From positions 1,760,001 through 1,824,000 of the forward strand of contig OY970342.1 in NCBI GenBank assembly GCA_963717505.1: 64,000 nt of DNA. The letters are read 5' to 3'. Both the position numbers and the translations under genes were made by a program. The notes below the pieces were generated by a model, which saw nothing but the letters and a program-made list of their open reading frames with translations, was not told where the DNA came from and did no database searches. This document shows positions 1-12,164 of this stretch, in pieces (the stretch's first letter is position 1; each line of letters starts with the position of its first letter). This stretch comes from Candidatus Eiseniibacteriota bacterium (GTDB taxonomy: Bacteria; Eisenbacteria; RBG-16-71-46).

Positions 1-542
1 GCAAGATGGGACTCAAGAGCTCGCCGATGGCCGAAGTTCACCTCGAAGCGTGCCGGGTGCCCGCGGGCAATCTCCTGGGCCTCGAGGGCCGGGGCGTGAC
101 CGTGTTCCACGGGTCCATGGTCTGGGAGCGCGCATGCATCCTTGCCACTTGCGTGGGCTCGATGGCGCGCCAGCTCGAGGAGTGTGTGGCCTATGCGCGC
201 GAGCGATCGCAGTTCGGCAACCCGATCGGGAAGTTCCAGGCGGTCGCCCATCGGATCGTGGACATGAAGATCCGGCTCGACCTCTCGCAGATGCTGGTCT
301 ACCGGGTCGGGCGGCTGATGCAGGCGGGGGAGTCGGCCGACATGGAATCCGCGATCGCCAAGCTGTACATCTCGGAGGCCCACGTCGCTTCGTCGATGGA
401 TGCGGTGCGCATCCACGGCGGGTACGGCTACACCACGGAATATCCTTTCGAGCGCCAGCTACGCGACGCCGTGGGCGGAACCCTCTATTCCGGGACCAGC
501 GACATCCAGCGCAACCTGATCGCCCGCAGCTTGGGTCTGTAA
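1..542 (+). CDS. Acyl-CoA dehydrogenase, C-terminal part (5' end lies outside the window)
   Basis: Motifs KMGLKSS, RSQFGNPIGKFQAV, AVRIHGGYGY and LYSGTSDIQRNLIA; the frame is open to the window edge. Confidence 0.93.
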   Translation, partial: KMGLKSSPMAEVHLEACRVPAGNLLGLEGRGVTVFHGSMVWERACILATCVGSMARQLEECVAYARERSQFGNPIGKFQAVAHRIVDMKIRLDLSQMLVYRVGRLMQAGESADMESAIAKLYISEAHVASSMDAVRIHGGYGYTTEYPFERQLRDAVGGTLYSGTSDIQRNLIARSLGL

Positions 543-583
543 GGGCCCTCACCCGCTGTGAGGACCCCACAGCCCCGTTTCCG

Positions 584-1276
584 CTACCGGCGCGAGGAGC
601 CCGGTTGCGGCACGATCCTCAGGTACGGTCTTGGCGCGTTCCAGCCGTCGGGATAGATCTTCCGGGCTTCGTCGTCCGACACCGACCCGGCGATGATCAC
701 GTCCTCACCCTGCTTCCAATTGACCGGAGTCGCAACCCGGTGCGCCGCGGTCAACTGCATCGAGTCGATCACCCGCAGGACCTCGGCGAAGTTGCGTCCG
801 GTGGTCATCGGATAGACCAGGATCAGCTTGATTTTCTTGTCCGGTCCGATCACGAACACGTTGCGCACCGTCTGATTGTCGGCGGCGGTCCGCCCGTCGC
901 AGGTGCCCTCGAGATCCGCGGGCAGCATGCCGTAGAGCTTGGAGACTTCGAGGTTCGGGTCCCCGATCATCGGGAAGTTCGGCGCCTGTCCCTGGGTCTC
1001 CGCGATGTCATCCGACCACTTCTTGTGCGATGAGACCGGGTCGACGCTCAGCCCGACGATCTTGGTGCGGCGGCGGTCGAACTCGGGCTTGAGCTTGGCC
1101 ATGGCCCCGAGCTCAGTGGTGCACACCGGCGTGAAGTCTTTGGGGTGGGAGAACAAGACCGCCCACGAGTCCCCGATCCAGTCGTGGAAGCGGATGCGGC
1201 CTTCGGTGGTCTCGGCTTCGAAATCCGGCGCCACGCTGCCGATCTGCAGCGCCGTGCTGCCCACTTGAACGCTCAC
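584..1276 (-). CDS. 1-Cys peroxiredoxin (Prx6 subfamily)
   Basis: FSHPKDFTPVCTTE active-site motif, YPMTTGRNF and ATPVNW; GTG start at 1276 follows a GGAGG RBS. Confidence 0.93.
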   Translation of the reverse strand: MSVQVGSTALQIGSVAPDFEAETTEGRIRFHDWIGDSWAVLFSHPKDFTPVCTTELGAMAKLKPEFDRRRTKIVGLSVDPVSSHKKWSDDIAETQGQAPNFPMIGDPNLEVSKLYGMLPADLEGTCDGRTAADNQTVRNVFVIGPDKKIKLILVYPMTTGRNFAEVLRVIDSMQLTAAHRVATPVNWKQGEDVIIAGSVSDDEARKIYPDGWNAPRPYLRIVPQPGSSRR

Positions 1277-1622
1277 GGTGAGCCTCCCTGGTAACAACGT
1301 TCGCTGTGCCCGGAATGGGCGAAGTGGGTGCACTTGCACTACCGCCATTACCGTCGGGGGGACGAAAAGTTGGCCTCGGGAACCCGTGGTTCGGGGGCCG
1401 GGCGCGGTGGCGTCACGGGTTCCGGTCGCCTAGACTCCTATGACTCCTCATGCTCCGACGCACCCTGTCATTCGCCCCGGTCGTGGGCACTCTGGAGCCG
1501 GACTCGATCCGGAAGGTCGAGTTCAATCGAGGAGGGCGTGCGAGATGGCGGCGAACGGCATGTACCACTTCCGGCCTCACCGGCGGGACCGATGCGCACG
1601 TGGTCCGTGCGGTGATGATTCA

Positions 1623-2411
1623 ATGACCACGTTCGGTCGACTGACGTCGTTCACGCTCGCCGGGTGGCTCCTGCTTTCGCCGATCGCCGCGGCCGCGCAG
1701 GACGCGGCGGCGTCCGAAATGTCGCTCGATCAGGCAAAGGAACTGATCAAGAACGGGGACTACGACCGGGCGATCGAAACGCTGCGCGCGGAGCTCGGGC
1801 GTAACCAGGCTCACCCCGAGCAGCTGGGCGACACCTACCTCCAGCTGATCAAGACCTACGTGTTCCTGGGCAACGACTACAAGTTCCGACCGCAGGGACG
1901 CGAGATGTCGAACCTCAACTATCGGGCGGCGCGCGAGTTGATCGTCGAAGCGCTGGAGAAGCCCGAACTGAGGCACCTGAAGCCCGAGCCGGCTTGGGAG
2001 TTCCCGCCCGAGATGATCTCGTTCTTCAGCGAAGTGCGCGCCCAGAAGCTCGGATCGTTCCGAGTGGTGCTGCTGGAGCCGCGGAACGCGGTCGTGCTGT
2101 TCGACGGTGACACGCTGGGAACTTTCCCCGGGGATTCGACGCCCGGGGATACCGACCTGCCGATCGGGACCCATCGTGTCCAAGTGCGTGCCGCCGGTTA
2201 CGAGGAGGTGGTCGAAGACGTCACGATTTCGCCAAGCTCGACGCTCGAGCGGCCCTACGAGATGAAAAGGAAGCGCACCACCTCGTGGTACGTGACGCGC
2301 GGCGGCGCGATGGCATTGGCCGCGGGGGCACTGACCTACTTCCTGCTGCGCGGCGACGACCAGTCCTCCGGAGCCGAGCCGTTGCCGGGACCGCCGCCCC
2401 CCCCGCCCTAG
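1623..2411 (+). CDS. Exported TPR-like/PEGA domain protein with C-terminal hydrophobic segment and poly-Pro tail
   Basis: Signal peptide ending AAAA-Q, helical AKELIKNGDYDRAIETL, PEGA-like LPIGTHRVQVRAAGY, C-terminus PLPGPPPPPP. Confidence 0.7.
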   Translation: MTTFGRLTSFTLAGWLLLSPIAAAAQDAAASEMSLDQAKELIKNGDYDRAIETLRAELGRNQAHPEQLGDTYLQLIKTYVFLGNDYKFRPQGREMSNLNYRAARELIVEALEKPELRHLKPEPAWEFPPEMISFFSEVRAQKLGSFRVVLLEPRNAVVLFDGDTLGTFPGDSTPGDTDLPIGTHRVQVRAAGYEEVVEDVTISPSSTLERPYEMKRKRTTSWYVTRGGAMALAAGALTYFLLRGDDQSSGAEPLPGPPPPPP

Positions 2412-2505
2412 AAGGCTAGGCGCGCCGACACCAACCCCCCTTGAGGGAGAGGGGCAGGTGCTTCTGCCGCGCGCCCAGGAACGTCGATGACAGTGCCGAC
2501 GTCGG

Positions 2506-4686
2506 TCATGGCGTCCGCAGAAGACGGCGGGTCATGGTGTTCCGCGTGAAGTCGTAGATCACGCGCTCCTTGGACCAGACGTCGACCTTGCGGTCGATGG
2601 CCTCGTTGTTGAGTAGGACGACTCGCACCGTGTGTTCTCCGGCGTCCAGCTCACGCACCCCCGAGTTCTGGACATTCTCCACGATCAGCCGGCCGTCGAT
2701 GTAGATCGAGGCCGGAACATCGCCTTGGATCACCAGCTCGCCCGGGGCCGAGCGTGGCAGCGAAATTCCGATTTCACGCGTTGACTCGAGCACGGTCACC
2801 GTGGTCTCTGCGGCGTCGTAGCCGGAGCGCTCGGCGATGATCTGGTGGCGGCCGAGTGCCAAGTCGTCGAGTCGCACCGGCGAACGACCGCGCGGGTCGT
2901 CGTCGACCCGGATCTCGGCGCCCGGCGGATCGGTGATCACCAGTACGTTGCCGCGCCCGACCACGAGCGTCAGGAGCGCGGGGGTCACAGTACCCGGCAC
3001 GAGCTGAAATCGGCCCTCGGCGACGCTGTAGCCGCGGAGGCTGGCGCTCACCACGTGCGGTTCGGCCACCCTCAGGTCGCGCACCAACATCGGGCTGAGC
3101 CCGACTTGCTTGCCGTCGACGCGGATCTCGGCGCCTGTCGGGTTCGTTTGTACCCTGAGGTCGGCGAGCAACGGACGCAAGGCGATCCGGGACTCCGTTG
3201 GCACGCCCGGCTCGAGTCGCAGGGTGAACTCGCTGTCGGCGTAGCCGGGCGCAGAGACCTTCATGTGTTGGTCGGGCCCGGCCGGCATCGCGTCGGTGAA
3301 CGTGCCGATCCCGATCCGGCGGCCGTTGAGCTCGATCACCGCGTGGTCCGGAATCGCGTGCAGCGCGTAGTGCGAGGTCGGCCCGCGAGGTGGTGGCTGT
3401 GGAAGCGGTTTCAACCAGACGATCGCGGCCAGCACGGCGGCCACTCCCGCCGCGAATCCGCCCACGACCAGCGCCTTCCGCTGCTTGAGCGAGGTCGGGG
3501 TGCGGATTTCGAGCCCGGCCTCACGCATGACCTGCCACACCGAGTGCTGGCGCCGGATCCAGAGCCGCCACAGATCCATGCGGAATGCGTAGCCCGGCGG
3601 GCTGTTCGAATCGTCGCGCAGCGCCATCTCGCTCTTGAACAATTTCTCGAGCGCCGTCGAGATCCGTGCGGTGTCTAGATCGAGCGGATACTCCCTGCGG
3701 CGTATCGCGCGCCGCACGTCTTCGACCGAAGCGTGCGCGCCTGGGTCGGGCAGCACCTCGGCCAGCAGAGCCAGCGTCAGCTTCTCGTCCTGCTCGAGCC
3801 CGTCCCACAGGAAGATCATCTGGGGCAGGGGATTGTTGATCAGCGTGCCGACCACGCGGTCGACCGCCCCGTGGATCGCCAGGTTGGTGTGGTTCTCGTT
3901 CAGGTGATCGACCAGGCTCTGACAGATCGCTTGGGTGTAGAACGGCTGCCCGGCCGCCAGGCGATAGATCTTCTCGACCACGCCGTCGTCGTAGCGCACG
4001 CGGCCGGCGACCGGCTGCGTGACCAGCTTGGTCGCGTCGTCGCGCTCGAGGTAGCTGATGGTCTTGAAGATCGACTTGCCGAGGATTTTCCAGTATTCGC
4101 GCCGCCGTTCTTCGAGGTGCTGGGAGCCAGTAAAGACCAGGAAGACCGATTGGTTCTCCATCAGACTCGCGAGGATGTTGAGCACGTCCCGATCCAGGGT
4201 TCCGGAATCGATCTTGTTCTCGAACAGCTCGTACTCGTCGAACAACAGGATCAGCTTCTGCCCCGGCCGGGAGCGCAGGACGGCCTGGATGAAGCTCTCG
4301 AAGGTGGCGGCGTGGCTGGTCCCGGGCGTGAACCGGGGCGGTTCCGGCCGGCCCGGTCCGGGGCCGAGCGCCTTCAGGACCTCGGCCGAGACCTTGCCGA
4401 GGAACTCGGCCTCGCTTCCGGTGGCCATGGACTGCATGTCGATCAGCACCGGGATGAAATCCGGACCCAGCCGCTGGTCGAGGATCTGGAACAGGATCGA
4501 GGTCTTGCCGCTGCGCCGCTCGCCGCAGAACACCAGCAGGGCGCCACGCGCCAGGTGCTCGAAGCGCCGGCGCACCAGCTCGAACTCGGCCTCGCGCCCG
4601 AAGAACATCGCCCGGTCGCGAACCGGGTTGCCCACGATGTACGGGTTGGGGCTGATGGGTGTGAAGCTGTCGGCGGTCGGAGGCAT
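2506..4686 (-). CDS. STAND/AAA-type P-loop ATPase with a transmembrane helix and about four PEGA domains
   Basis: NPYIVGNPV...FFGRE, Walker A GERRSGKTS, Walker B LLFDEYE, AGQPFYTQ, TM helix LVVGGFAAGVAAVLAAIVW, repeats of the type TNPTGAEIRVDG. Confidence 0.85.
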   Translation of the reverse strand: MPPTADSFTPISPNPYIVGNPVRDRAMFFGREAEFELVRRRFEHLARGALLVFCGERRSGKTSILFQILDQRLGPDFIPVLIDMQSMATGSEAEFLGKVSAEVLKALGPGPGRPEPPRFTPGTSHAATFESFIQAVLRSRPGQKLILLFDEYELFENKIDSGTLDRDVLNILASLMENQSVFLVFTGSQHLEERRREYWKILGKSIFKTISYLERDDATKLVTQPVAGRVRYDDGVVEKIYRLAAGQPFYTQAICQSLVDHLNENHTNLAIHGAVDRVVGTLINNPLPQMIFLWDGLEQDEKLTLALLAEVLPDPGAHASVEDVRRAIRRREYPLDLDTARISTALEKLFKSEMALRDDSNSPPGYAFRMDLWRLWIRRQHSVWQVMREAGLEIRTPTSLKQRKALVVGGFAAGVAAVLAAIVWLKPLPQPPPRGPTSHYALHAIPDHAVIELNGRRIGIGTFTDAMPAGPDQHMKVSAPGYADSEFTLRLEPGVPTESRIALRPLLADLRVQTNPTGAEIRVDGKQVGLSPMLVRDLRVAEPHVVSASLRGYSVAEGRFQLVPGTVTPALLTLVVGRGNVLVITDPPGAEIRVDDDPRGRSPVRLDDLALGRHQIIAERSGYDAAETTVTVLESTREIGISLPRSAPGELVIQGDVPASIYIDGRLIVENVQNSGVRELDAGEHTVRVVLLNNEAIDRKVDVWSKERVIYDFTRNTMTRRLLRTP

Positions 4687-4918
4687 GGAGGATCGCCCAG
4701 TCAACAGGCCGGGTCCGGGGCTGTCAACCGCTACCAGCGGTCGTTCCCCAGGACGATGCGCCCGGAGTCAATGATCCGACGCTGGTCACCGCGAGGTTCC
4801 AACGCTTGGCGGATCGGGTATGTCCTATGCCTGAGAAGTCGGTGCCCGCGCAACCCCTGGCTGGCCCCATTCGTAACCGCTGCACAGGCCGTTCGGCCGA
4901 AAGCCCTTCGAGGAACCA

Positions 4919-7186
4919 ATGCTCGACCGTCCTTGCCCCCGACGCGCCATCTTCTTGACTGCGCTGGTCCCCGCCCTTCTGGCGCCGGGGATCGTCCGGG
5001 CCGCGGCTCCCCAGCCCGGCCCCCCGCTCACCATCGTCCGCTCGAATGGACCGATCACCCTGGACGGTGCTCTCACGGATCCCGGCTGGCAGGGCATTCC
5101 CGCCGTCACCCAATGGTTCGAGACTCGCGTCGGCGACAACGTCGAGCCCGCGGTCAAGAACGTCGGCTACCTGGCCTACGACGATCGCTACCTCTACGCG
5201 GCGTTCGAGTTCGAGGATCCCGATCCCAGGACGATTCGGGCTCCGATCGCCGACCACGACCAGCTCTCGGGACTGACCGACTACGGCGGCGTCATCGTCG
5301 ACGCCAGCAACGACGGCAAGACCGCGATTCTCTTTCTCGCGAATGCCAACGGTCTGACCTACGACGCCGTCAGCAACGACGCCTCGGGCGAGGACAGCTC
5401 GCCCGACTACTACTGGGAGTCGCGCGGCCGGATCACCGAGACCGGATGGAACCTCGAGATCCGGATTCCGTTCTCGTCCCTGCGCTACAGCAAGGATCCG
5501 TCGCCGACCTGGGGCATCATGCTCTACCGCAACTATCCGCGGGACCGGCACTATCAGTTCTTCACCGCCCGCCTGCCGCGTGACGTGAGCTGCTTCATCT
5601 GCAACTCGAGCAAGCTCACCGGGCTCAACGACCTGCCTCACGGATCGCACTTCGTCGTGGCGCCGTACGCGAGTGCTCAGCGCACGGACGAGCCGAGCGC
5701 CGGTCTCGGGTCCCCGCTCGAGGACGGTGACATCGACTCCGAGTACGGCGTCGACGCCAAGTGGAGCCCGTTCGCCAACACCGCGATCGACGGAACGATC
5801 AACCCGGACTTCTCGCAGATCGAGTCCGACGTCGCCCAGATCGCCGCCAACGAGCGGTTCGCGCTGTTCTATCCCGAGAAGCGACCCTTCTTCCTCGAGG
5901 GCATCGATCTGTTCTCGACCCCGCTCCAGGCGGTCTACACGCGTAGCGTGACCGCGCCGAAAGCCGGACTGCGTGCCACGGGTCGGCCCGGCACCACGTC
6001 GTTCACCGCGCTCGGCGTGCATGATCGTGGCGGCGGTCTCGTCATCCTTCCGGGCCCTGAGGGTTCGGGTGCGGCCCCGCAAGACTTCGAATCGGACGTC
6101 GGCATCTTCCGGTTGCGCCACGACCTCGGCCAATCGTTCGTGAGCCTGTTGGGCAACGGTCGAGTCATCGACGACGGTGGCGGCTACAATGCGGTCGTCG
6201 GTCCCGACTTCCAGTGGCGGCCACACCCGACCACTGCGATCACCGGCCAGGCGTTGTGGAGCAGCACCGAGACCCCCGATCGCACCGACCTCACGTCGGA
6301 TTGGGACGGCAGGACGCTCGAAGATCACGCCGCCCTGCTCCGCGGCTCGTACAGCACGTCGACCATCGACCTGTTCGTCCAGGGGCAGGACATCGGCGAT
6401 GACTTCCGTGCCGACCAAGGGTTCATGCCTCAGGTCGGATTCCGCGAAATCTACGGCGAAGCCGGCTTCACCATGCGCCCCGAGGACCGGTTCTACTCGC
6501 GCTTGCGCACCTTCACGTTCGGCTGGTACGACACGGACCTGTCGGGTGAGCTGCTGTCGCGCAGGGCATCGGTCGGCGCCGGAATGGACGCGCGCTGGAA
6601 CAGCTTCACGCGGGTCGAAGCCAACATCGAGGAGATCCGCGTCGGGGACGAGATCCTCTCGCGCGTTCGCCCCTACGTCTACGTTCAGACCAGCCCGGGT
6701 CGCGTGGTGAACAACATATCGATCGAGGCGTTCCTGGGGGAGGAGATCGACTTCGCCAACGCCCGCGAAGGCACCGGGACGACCCTCAACGGCAACCTCA
6801 CCGTGCGGCCGGGCAATCACCTCGATTTGCAGGCCAACGTCAGCACACGGTGGCTCAATGTCGACGACCCGGCGCTCGGCTCCGGACGCCTGTTCTTCGC
6901 GCAGGTCGAGCGCCTGCGGGCCGCGTGGTCGTTCAGCTCGCGCTCGTTCATTCGTCTGATCGGCCAGTACGTGCAGACAACTCGCGACCCGGCGCTGTAC
7001 ACGTTCGCGGTTTCCGAGAAAGATGCCGACTTCGGTTTTTCGGGGCTGTTCGCCTACAAGGTGAACTGGCAGACCGTGGTCTACCTCGGCTACGGCGACG
7101 CACAGACGTACAGCGGAACCAGCGATCAGCTGGAGGCCAGCGAGCGGCAGGCGTTCATGAAGCTGTCGTATGCACTCCAACGGTAG
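4919..7186 (+). CDS. CBM9-like plus DUF5916 domain protein (probable outer-membrane beta-barrel)
   Basis: Signal peptide, ITLDGALTDPGW, LEIRIPFSSLRY, TINPDFSQIESD, FYPEKRPFFLEG, C-terminal FMKLSY. Confidence 0.85.
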   Translation: MLDRPCPRRAIFLTALVPALLAPGIVRAAAPQPGPPLTIVRSNGPITLDGALTDPGWQGIPAVTQWFETRVGDNVEPAVKNVGYLAYDDRYLYAAFEFEDPDPRTIRAPIADHDQLSGLTDYGGVIVDASNDGKTAILFLANANGLTYDAVSNDASGEDSSPDYYWESRGRITETGWNLEIRIPFSSLRYSKDPSPTWGIMLYRNYPRDRHYQFFTARLPRDVSCFICNSSKLTGLNDLPHGSHFVVAPYASAQRTDEPSAGLGSPLEDGDIDSEYGVDAKWSPFANTAIDGTINPDFSQIESDVAQIAANERFALFYPEKRPFFLEGIDLFSTPLQAVYTRSVTAPKAGLRATGRPGTTSFTALGVHDRGGGLVILPGPEGSGAAPQDFESDVGIFRLRHDLGQSFVSLLGNGRVIDDGGGYNAVVGPDFQWRPHPTTAITGQALWSSTETPDRTDLTSDWDGRTLEDHAALLRGSYSTSTIDLFVQGQDIGDDFRADQGFMPQVGFREIYGEAGFTMRPEDRFYSRLRTFTFGWYDTDLSGELLSRRASVGAGMDARWNSFTRVEANIEEIRVGDEILSRVRPYVYVQTSPGRVVNNISIEAFLGEEIDFANAREGTGTTLNGNLTVRPGNHLDLQANVSTRWLNVDDPALGSGRLFFAQVERLRAAWSFSSRSFIRLIGQYVQTTRDPALYTFAVSEKDADFGFSGLFAYKVNWQTVVYLGYGDAQTYSGTSDQLEASERQAFMKLSYALQR

Positions 7187-7219
7187 CGGGGTCTCACCCG
7201 AACTCGAGTCAGAGCCACG

Positions 7220-7573
7220 ATGAGAGTGCTTCTAGCGATCTGGATACTCAGTGGCCTTGCGGTCTGCGCCGCCGCGCCGCCACGCGTGGTGCCCTATGCG
7301 GAGAGGACAGTGGCCGACTGGGATCCGGAGAAGGCGGTCGAGGAGGCACGGCGTGACCTCGCGGCAGGCACTCCAAAGATCTACCGCCACGGCGGGATCG
7401 TGATCGTTGAACCCGGCGTCGGTCCGGACCAGTTCGTGTTGACCAAGGGATTGCCGCGTGTCAACGCTGGTGTTGGATGCGTGATCGAGGGTGGCATCGA
7501 AATGCGCACGGCACAGGGCGAGTACGCCCGTCGCTACAACGAGTACGTGGTTCGGCATCTTTCAAAACGGTAG
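7220..7573 (+). CDS. Small exported hypothetical protein
   Basis: Signal peptide and a GCVI...YARRYNEYV motif; the ORF fills the gap between genes. Confidence 0.6.
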   Translation: MRVLLAIWILSGLAVCAAAPPRVVPYAERTVADWDPEKAVEEARRDLAAGTPKIYRHGGIVIVEPGVGPDQFVLTKGLPRVNAGVGCVIEGGIEMRTAQGEYARRYNEYVVRHLSKR

Positions 7574-7617
7574 TTGCGTTCGTCATTGCCGATCGAGTCT
7601 TTCGTAGGAGAATGAAC

Positions 7618-7645
7618 GGCCGGCGAGTTTCCCCGCCGGCCATTT
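7618..7645. terminator. GC-rich hairpin between convergent genes
   Basis: GGCCGGCG-N8-CGCCGGCC followed by ATTT. Confidence 0.45.
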
Positions 7646-7685
7646 GCACATTCCGCGCTTCTAGGCGCGGAACTCCGAGCCCCGT

Positions 7686-9782
<2,097 letters not shown>

Positions 9783-9960
9783 GATTCCTCCGGGGTCGGG
9801 TTCGGACCGAGGTCCGGGCGCGGCACGCCGGGATTTCCGCTCCGGGGGCCCTGCGGACGCAGGGCTCGCCGCACGCTGGTTATTCGATGTCGAAGGTAGC
9901 CCACAGCCCTGCGTCCCTCAACCGCGCTGGTCGTGGGAACCCGGGCGACGGTCGGGTTTC

Positions 9961-10668
9961 CTAGGATTTCTTGGGCTGGCTCGGCCGCATTTCGACCCGA
10001 CTGTAGAGCGCCCGGGTCGGGGAGCGCAGCAGATCGAGGACCACGGCGGCGACATCGGTGGCTTCCAACGCCCAGCCCGACTTCTGTGTGGAGCCGCGTC
10101 CGAACTCGGTGGCAACACTGCCCGGCATCAGGTACGAGACCCGGATGCCATCGTAGCGCACCTCCATCATCAACGCTTCGCTGAAGCCGTTGAGACCGAA
10201 CTTGCTGGCGTTGTATGCGGCGCCGTTTGCGAACGGATTCTTTCCCGCCAGCGACGAGATGTTGAAGATGTAGCCGCCACCGCGGCGCTTCATGTGCGGG
10301 ATCGCCTCGCGGCAGCAATAGAACACGCCGTTCAAGTTGGTCTCGACCACCGCGCGCCAGTCCTCGGGGTCCATCTCGGAGACCGGGTTGAAGATGCCGA
10401 TGCCGGCGTTGTTGACCAGGATGTCGACGCCGCCCGCGCGCTTCTCGACTTCGCGGAAAAGACGTTGGACCATCTCGTAAGAACGAACGTCGCACGCGAC
10501 CCCGAAGGCGTTGCCGCCGATCTCGGCCGCGGCCCGATCCGCCGCCGACTGGCCGCGCGCGGTCAGCGCGACGAGCGCGCCCTCATGGACGAGCGCCTCG
10601 ACGATCGCGCGGCCGATGCCGCGATTGCCGCCGGTGACCACCGCGACCTTGCCGTCGAGGAATCCCAT
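9961..10668 (-). CDS. SDR family oxidoreductase
   Basis: TGGNRGIG, NNAG, NISS and catalytic YNASK. Confidence 0.93.
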   Translation of the reverse strand: MGFLDGKVAVVTGGNRGIGRAIVEALVHEGALVALTARGQSAADRAAAEIGGNAFGVACDVRSYEMVQRLFREVEKRAGGVDILVNNAGIGIFNPVSEMDPEDWRAVVETNLNGVFYCCREAIPHMKRRGGGYIFNISSLAGKNPFANGAAYNASKFGLNGFSEALMMEVRYDGIRVSYLMPGSVATEFGRGSTQKSGWALEATDVAAVVLDLLRSPTRALYSRVEMRPSQPKKS

Positions 10669-10677
10669 GGGGAGATC

Positions 10678-11148
10678 CTACGACGCGGACTGGGCGCGCG
10701 CCACAATACGGCCGCCGGAACCCGATCTTTCGTTGAACTCGACGGCGTGGAGCGAGCAGGGGGCGACCGCCACCGACTGTCCGGTCAGGAGGTCGATCAG
10801 GAGTCCCAACATTGGTTGATGTCCGACCACGACCACGTATTCCCGCTCCTGGGCCGCGGCCGCGATCGCCGCCCACACCGAGGACGCATCGTCCTCGGAG
10901 ATCAGGTCGTCCAGGATCTCGACCGCGATCGTGATCTTCTGCTCCGCCACCAGGTGCGCCGCCGTCTGGCGGGCGCGGGTCAGCGGGCTGGTGAACACGA
11001 CATCGGGGCTCCAGCCCGTGACTCTGAGGCTGCGGGCCAGCGTGCGCGCCGCCGCGATTCCCTCGGTCGACAACTCGCGGCCCGCGTCGCCCTCGGGGCT
11101 CGCGGGCAACGCGTGCGCGTGGCGGATCAGGTCGAGACGGTGGATCAC
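10678..11148 (-). CDS. sixA: SixA-like histidine phosphatase
   Basis: LIRHA, SPLTRARQTA and VVGHQP motifs. Confidence 0.8.
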   Translation of the reverse strand: MIHRLDLIRHAHALPASPEGDAGRELSTEGIAAARTLARSLRVTGWSPDVVFTSPLTRARQTAAHLVAEQKITIAVEILDDLISEDDASSVWAAIAAAAQEREYVVVVGHQPMLGLLIDLLTGQSVAVAPCSLHAVEFNERSGSGGRIVARAQSAS

Positions 11149-11208
11149 CTGGAAATCAGGAGCGGCACGAAGCGCCAGCTCCGTGCCGCCCGATGGTGTG
11201 GACTTGGT

Positions 11209-11988
11209 TCAGTGGCCGCCACCCGAGGCGGGCGGCTCGATGTCGAAGGTGATCATGAAGCCATTGGTGTTCTTGAATTCATACTGCTTGTCGCCAGCGC
11301 GATACGCCTCGATGACGTTGGGCATCATCACGAAACCATCGTTGCTGGTGGCGCCCCAATACTTGAGGTTCTTGAGCACCATCGGCGTGGCCTTGTCGTC
11401 GCGCATCAGGTTCGACGCGTCGAGCCGGACCTCGGCAGTCTTGCCGCCGTCGAGCGTTGCGTAGGCGATGTCGCCCTTGTGCGTCCACTCCATGGCGCCT
11501 TCCGAGGTGGTCATCGAGTTCCACTTCACGGGGAACAGGGCGCCGCAGATCTCGCCGATCGCCTTGCGCTGCTCGGGGGTCGTGGCCTTGTCGAAGGTGA
11601 CTACCGCCCAGTCCATCTGGCCGTGCGAGAAGTCGCCCCCGAGGTCGCCGGCGATCCAGAACATCGCGCCGTCCAGCTTCACGTCGCCGTGATGACCCTT
11701 GTTGACCTTGTAGGCGTTGTTGAAGCGGCAGAAGTGCTCGCCGCCGCCGCCGTGATCGTGACCGGCTTCAGCGTGGTCTTGCCCGGCGGTTTCGGCCTGC
11801 TCGCCATGCGCCGCGGGCTTGGTGTTGAAGTAGCACTGGCAGAACATGGGGCACGAACAGGCCTCGATCACACTGGCGTTCATCGACCAGGCCTTCTTGC
11901 TTCCCTTTTCCTTGGCCTCCGCGCCGGCCGCCAGCGTGCCGACAGCGACCAGGATTCCAAGGGCGACCCCCAGGGAACGGAACTTCAT
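11209..11988 (-). CDS. Exported DUF1326 (Cys-rich putative metal-binding) protein with His-rich insert
   Basis: Signal peptide, IEACSCPMFCQCYF...HFC, GHHGDVKLDG; GGAGGA RBS. Confidence 0.75.
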   Translation of the reverse strand: MKFRSLGVALGILVAVGTLAAGAEAKEKGSKKAWSMNASVIEACSCPMFCQCYFNTKPAAHGEQAETAGQDHAEAGHDHGGGGEHFCRFNNAYKVNKGHHGDVKLDGAMFWIAGDLGGDFSHGQMDWAVVTFDKATTPEQRKAIGEICGALFPVKWNSMTTSEGAMEWTHKGDIAYATLDGGKTAEVRLDASNLMRDDKATPMVLKNLKYWGATSNDGFVMMPNVIEAYRAGDKQYEFKNTNGFMITFDIEPPASGGGH

Positions 11989-12164
11989 CGGTCCTCCTCC
12001 TTGTTGGGGAACGAGAAAAAACGGTGAACGGGCAGGAATGCTAGGCGCATGGCCGCCGCCAATCAACGCGAATCGGCCGTCTCGGAGGACCGGCGGGGTG
12101 CCCCGGCGGCCCCGGCCCGCGCACTGCCGGCCCGGGCCCGCAAGCGGCGTCTCTGCTAACCTGT

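Noticed and set aside
4724-7180. Long antisense ORFs (also 7962-9533, 43705-45798, 47348-49087, 53098-55281, 56651-59041, 59708-61228)
   Set aside because: They are shadows of real high-GC3 genes on the opposite strand and carry no motifs.
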